Shown: positions 62,677-64,000 of the stretch, one piece after another | Numbering within the stretch: position 1 is the stretch's first letter | Layout: every line of letters begins with the position of its first letter | Assembly (NCBI GenBank): GCA_973895155.1 | Contig: OZ316893.1 | Coordinates: 372,001 to 436,000, forward strand | From: Marsupella aquatica | Lineage: Eukaryota > Plantae > Marchantiophyta | Direction: 5' to 3' | DNA: 64,000 nt | The notes under the pieces: generated by a model | The model's database searches: none | What the model was told of the DNA's origin: nothing | The model's input: only the letters and a program-made list of their open reading frames with translations | Made by a program: the position numbers and the translations under genes

Positions 62677-62921
62677 TATTATGCACAACTACCTCAATAT
62701 CAATCACCCATTTACAATGTTATATAATCCCTATAATCAACCATTAAAGGGCTCTACAAAAGTATTTGAAGTTTTGGATGATTGGACATTGTTTGAGAAT
62801 ATTTGGGAAGTTTGGGTTGATTGGTATTGAGCTAGTTTTGCATAATATCCAATCACCCAAAATTCAAATATTTTTGTAGAGCCCTTGCTGGTTAGTTATA
62901 GGGATTATATAACATTGTAAA
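62677..62921. repeat. Compound inverted repeat (fold-back / MITE-like)
   Basis: 62711-62790 is an imperfect reverse complement of 62844-62921; 62677-62710 is an imperfect reverse complement of 62813-62848. Confidence 0.85.
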
Positions 62922-64000
62922 AAAGAAAACTCAACTAAGATTTCCCCCCAAATCCTTGCAACACTTAATTGTTCCCATTTCTTAATAAAAATGGGGAATG
63001 AAGAAAACTAGTGTTGAAGTTGATGGCAAGCTCAAAAATTCCAAGATGAGTGAGAGAAATAAAGGGAAATAAAAAAAAGAAAAACTACTATTATTGATTT
63101 GAGGATTTCATCTCAACTTGAACTAAATATATACTTTGCCAATTTTCTTGACATCTTCTTCCATTGTTGATTAAGGAAACTAGCATAGATAGTTAGCTTG
63201 AAGTATTTTGAATGTCTTGAACATCTAACCTGGTTTTTCCATTTGATTGTCGTCCATGTCCTCTACTGTAAGTGCAACACCCTTTCCAACCCTTGACAGT
63301 GGATTGGGTCTCTTACTTTGCTCCCACTCCACCCCTCCTGATTTGAATCCTGGTTGGCTGGCCCACTCCCAGTTCGCTGTTCAAGGGAGGGAGAGCATAT
63401 CGGCTAACTGAGGATGGTGACAAACATCCCATTATAAGAAACTCACAAGATCATGTTCACCATTGGATGATTCCAAACTAGCCAGAGTTCCTTTGCTTAA
63501 TCAACGGTGGAAAATGGGTTGGAATGTCATAATTTAACACATTCAAAATAGTGATCGACAAAGTATCCATTTCTATCCTTTTGGTTTCCCTCAAGCTTGC
63601 ATTTGACCTAAGGCTGTAGTACACAACAAGAGCATACAAGTGCCTTCAAATCAAGTTGGACTTATTCAGAGTATTTGTAGTAGTGCAATCCATGCATTGA
63701 CTGGAAAAGTCCAAATATAAATACAAATTCTTCCACAAAGACACAAATAAAGCTTCTTCCCGCTTAGAAGGTAGTTGTGTCCCAATTTGTGACTATCTTT
63801 GGAAAACTAATCAATGGTTAGCTGACCTCAAAATTTAAAACAACTTTGCCCAATTTTAATTTCATTTCTATTAATAAAAAAGAACAAATTTCCTAATTTT
63901 TTGGCACCAAACATTGCCTTTGGGTAGAGTCCAATTGATAGGGAAATGGTTGTTTGGCAACAAACAAATTTTGCCGTTTGGTAGAGTTCAATTGATAGAA

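Overview
Eukaryotic, transposon-rich plant DNA with GT-AG introns and many C>T/G>A lesions; a bryophyte/liverwort host is a guess from the protein families, not shown by the sequence. No rRNA, tRNA or CRISPR was seen. (1) Two related non-chromovirus Ty3/gypsy LTR retrotransposons: partial copy A (1-8262, +) and complete copy B (44229-59198, -; GACTT TSD, tRNA-Asn-like PBS, PPT). Their 4.66-4.8 kb LTRs each contain an entire ~1,200-codon ORF, and a conserved -1 frameshift signal lies between protease and RT. (2) A Mutator-like (MULE) DNA transposon region at ~8.4-17.7 kb: a DDE transposase is divergently paired with a 5-exon gene for a ParB/Srx-like domain fused to a beta-class N4/N6 DNA methyltransferase-like domain. 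About 14 copies of a 15-bp palindrome (TAGCGCCnGRCGCTA) sit in its introns, intergenic spacer and flanks. (3) Four more free-standing or fragmentary genes that appear to share the LTR-ORF core domain plus coiled coil. (4) A stand-alone RNase H1 hybrid-binding-domain ORF, copia/LINE relics, tandem repeats and hairpins. All domain calls are by-eye motif recognition, not database hits.
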